Assembly (NCBI RefSeq): GCF_001194135.2
Contig: NC_068988.1
Span: 74,370,348-74,434,347 of the forward strand
DNA: 64,000 nt
Reading direction: 5' to 3'
DNA from: Octopus bimaculoides
Taxonomy: Eukaryota
The notes below the pieces were generated by a model that saw only the letters and a program-made list of their open reading frames with translations, searched no databases and was not told the origin of the DNA. Within the stretch, counting starts at the first letter, position 1, and the number at the start of each line of letters is the position of its first letter. Both the position numbers and the translations under genes were made by a program. Shown here piece by piece: positions 62,985 to 64,000 of this stretch.

Positions 62985-63365
62985 ACAGATGTGGTAAGTA
63001 ACTTGCTTACCAACCACATAGTTCAGTCCCGGTGCATGGCACCTTGGGCAAGAGTCTTCTACTAATAGCCTCAGGCCGACCAAAGCCTAGTGAGTGGATT
63101 TGGTAGATGGAAACTGAAAGAAGCCCATCGTATATATATGTATATGTGTGTGTGTGTGTGTATGTGTGTTTGTCCCCACATCATTGCTTGGCAACTGATG
63201 TTCATATGTTTATGTCCCCGTAACTTAGCGGTTTGGCAGAAAAGACCAATAGAATAAGTACTAGGCTTACAAAGAATAAGTTCTGAGGTTCATTTGTTCA
63301 ACTGAAGGCAGTGCTCTAGCATGGCCGCAGTCAAATGACTGAAACAAATAAAAGAATAAAAGAAT
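62985..63365 (+). mobile_element. SINE family B, full length
   Basis: Head, ccttgggcaagagtcttcta core, (TA)(GT) linker, 3' half and the aataaaagaataaaagaata tail. Confidence 0.88.
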
Positions 63366-63366
63366 A

Positions 63367-63420
<54 letters not shown>

Positions 63421-63432
63421 TATATATATATC

Positions 63433-63760
63433 TCATCATCATCATCATCATCGTTTAACGTCCGCTTTCCATGCTAGCATGGGTTAGATGATTTGACTGA
63501 GGACTGGTGAACTGGATGGCTCCACCAGGCTCCAATCTGATCTGGCAGAGTTTCTACAGCTAGATGCCCTTCCTAACGCCAACCACTCCAAGAGTGTAGT
63601 GGGTGCTTTTATGTGCCACCGGCACGAGGGCCAGTCAAGCGGTACTGGCAATGGCCACACTCAAAATGGTGTTTTTTACATTCCACCTGCACAGGAGCCA
63701 GTCCAGCGGTACTGGCAACGACCTTGCTCGAATGTTTTCTAATGTGCCACCAGCACAGCG
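63433..63760 (-). mobile_element. RTE 3' UTR (diversified-unit subfamily)
   Basis: Reverse complement of 26500-26802. Confidence 0.9.
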
Positions 63761-64000
63761 ACCCCAAAAAACTGATATTGCCAGTTGGCATTATTAGGCT
63801 GTAGCCGGCATTATAAAATAGGAGCTTTTGTATGCATATTCAAAGTGTTTCCGTGTAAATGAACTTAAAGGATATGTGTGTGAGTGTGTGTATGTGTGAC
63901 AAATACACAAACATATGGTGGCATAATAAAGTGTTGAGTATTGTTACTGTGGCCCTAAAACAACCATACAGCAGAATCAATACAATGGGAATCAAAGCCA

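Overview
This is repeat-saturated, AT-rich, non-coding animal DNA with many N gaps. The repeat repertoire suggests a coleoid cephalopod such as Octopus, which is an inference. I cannot support any host protein-coding exon, and most ORFs in the track come from microsatellites, gaps or transposon debris. The window is a nested graveyard of mobile elements. Retroelements include RTE, CR1, Tx1/L1 and R4/Dong LINEs, at least three tRNA-derived SINE families, three Penelope-like (Naiad-type RT/GIY-YIG) elements and two related solo LTRs. DNA transposons include mariner, Tigger, maT-like, MULE, a probable piggyBac relic and a foldback element. The most interesting signals are structural. (1) Hammerhead ribozyme folds on the minus strand: one in the Penelope-like 3' repeat (62858-62931 with an intact core, and a degenerate copy at 12631-12705) and one behind a Pol III B-box in a SINE-like element (29441-29486). 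(2) An RTE LINE with a PHD finger inside its RT region and a 3' UTR array of 66-bp double-hairpin units showing a compensatory base-pair change. (3) Two solo LTRs of one family, each inserted with a 4-bp TSD into nearly the same region of two different mariner transposases. (4) A SINE and a Tx1/L1 LINE that share a 3' terminus, stacked in one (TAA)n tract. (5) A 139-nt near-perfect hairpin. All calls were made by eye with no database searches, and boundaries without a TIR or TSD are approximate.
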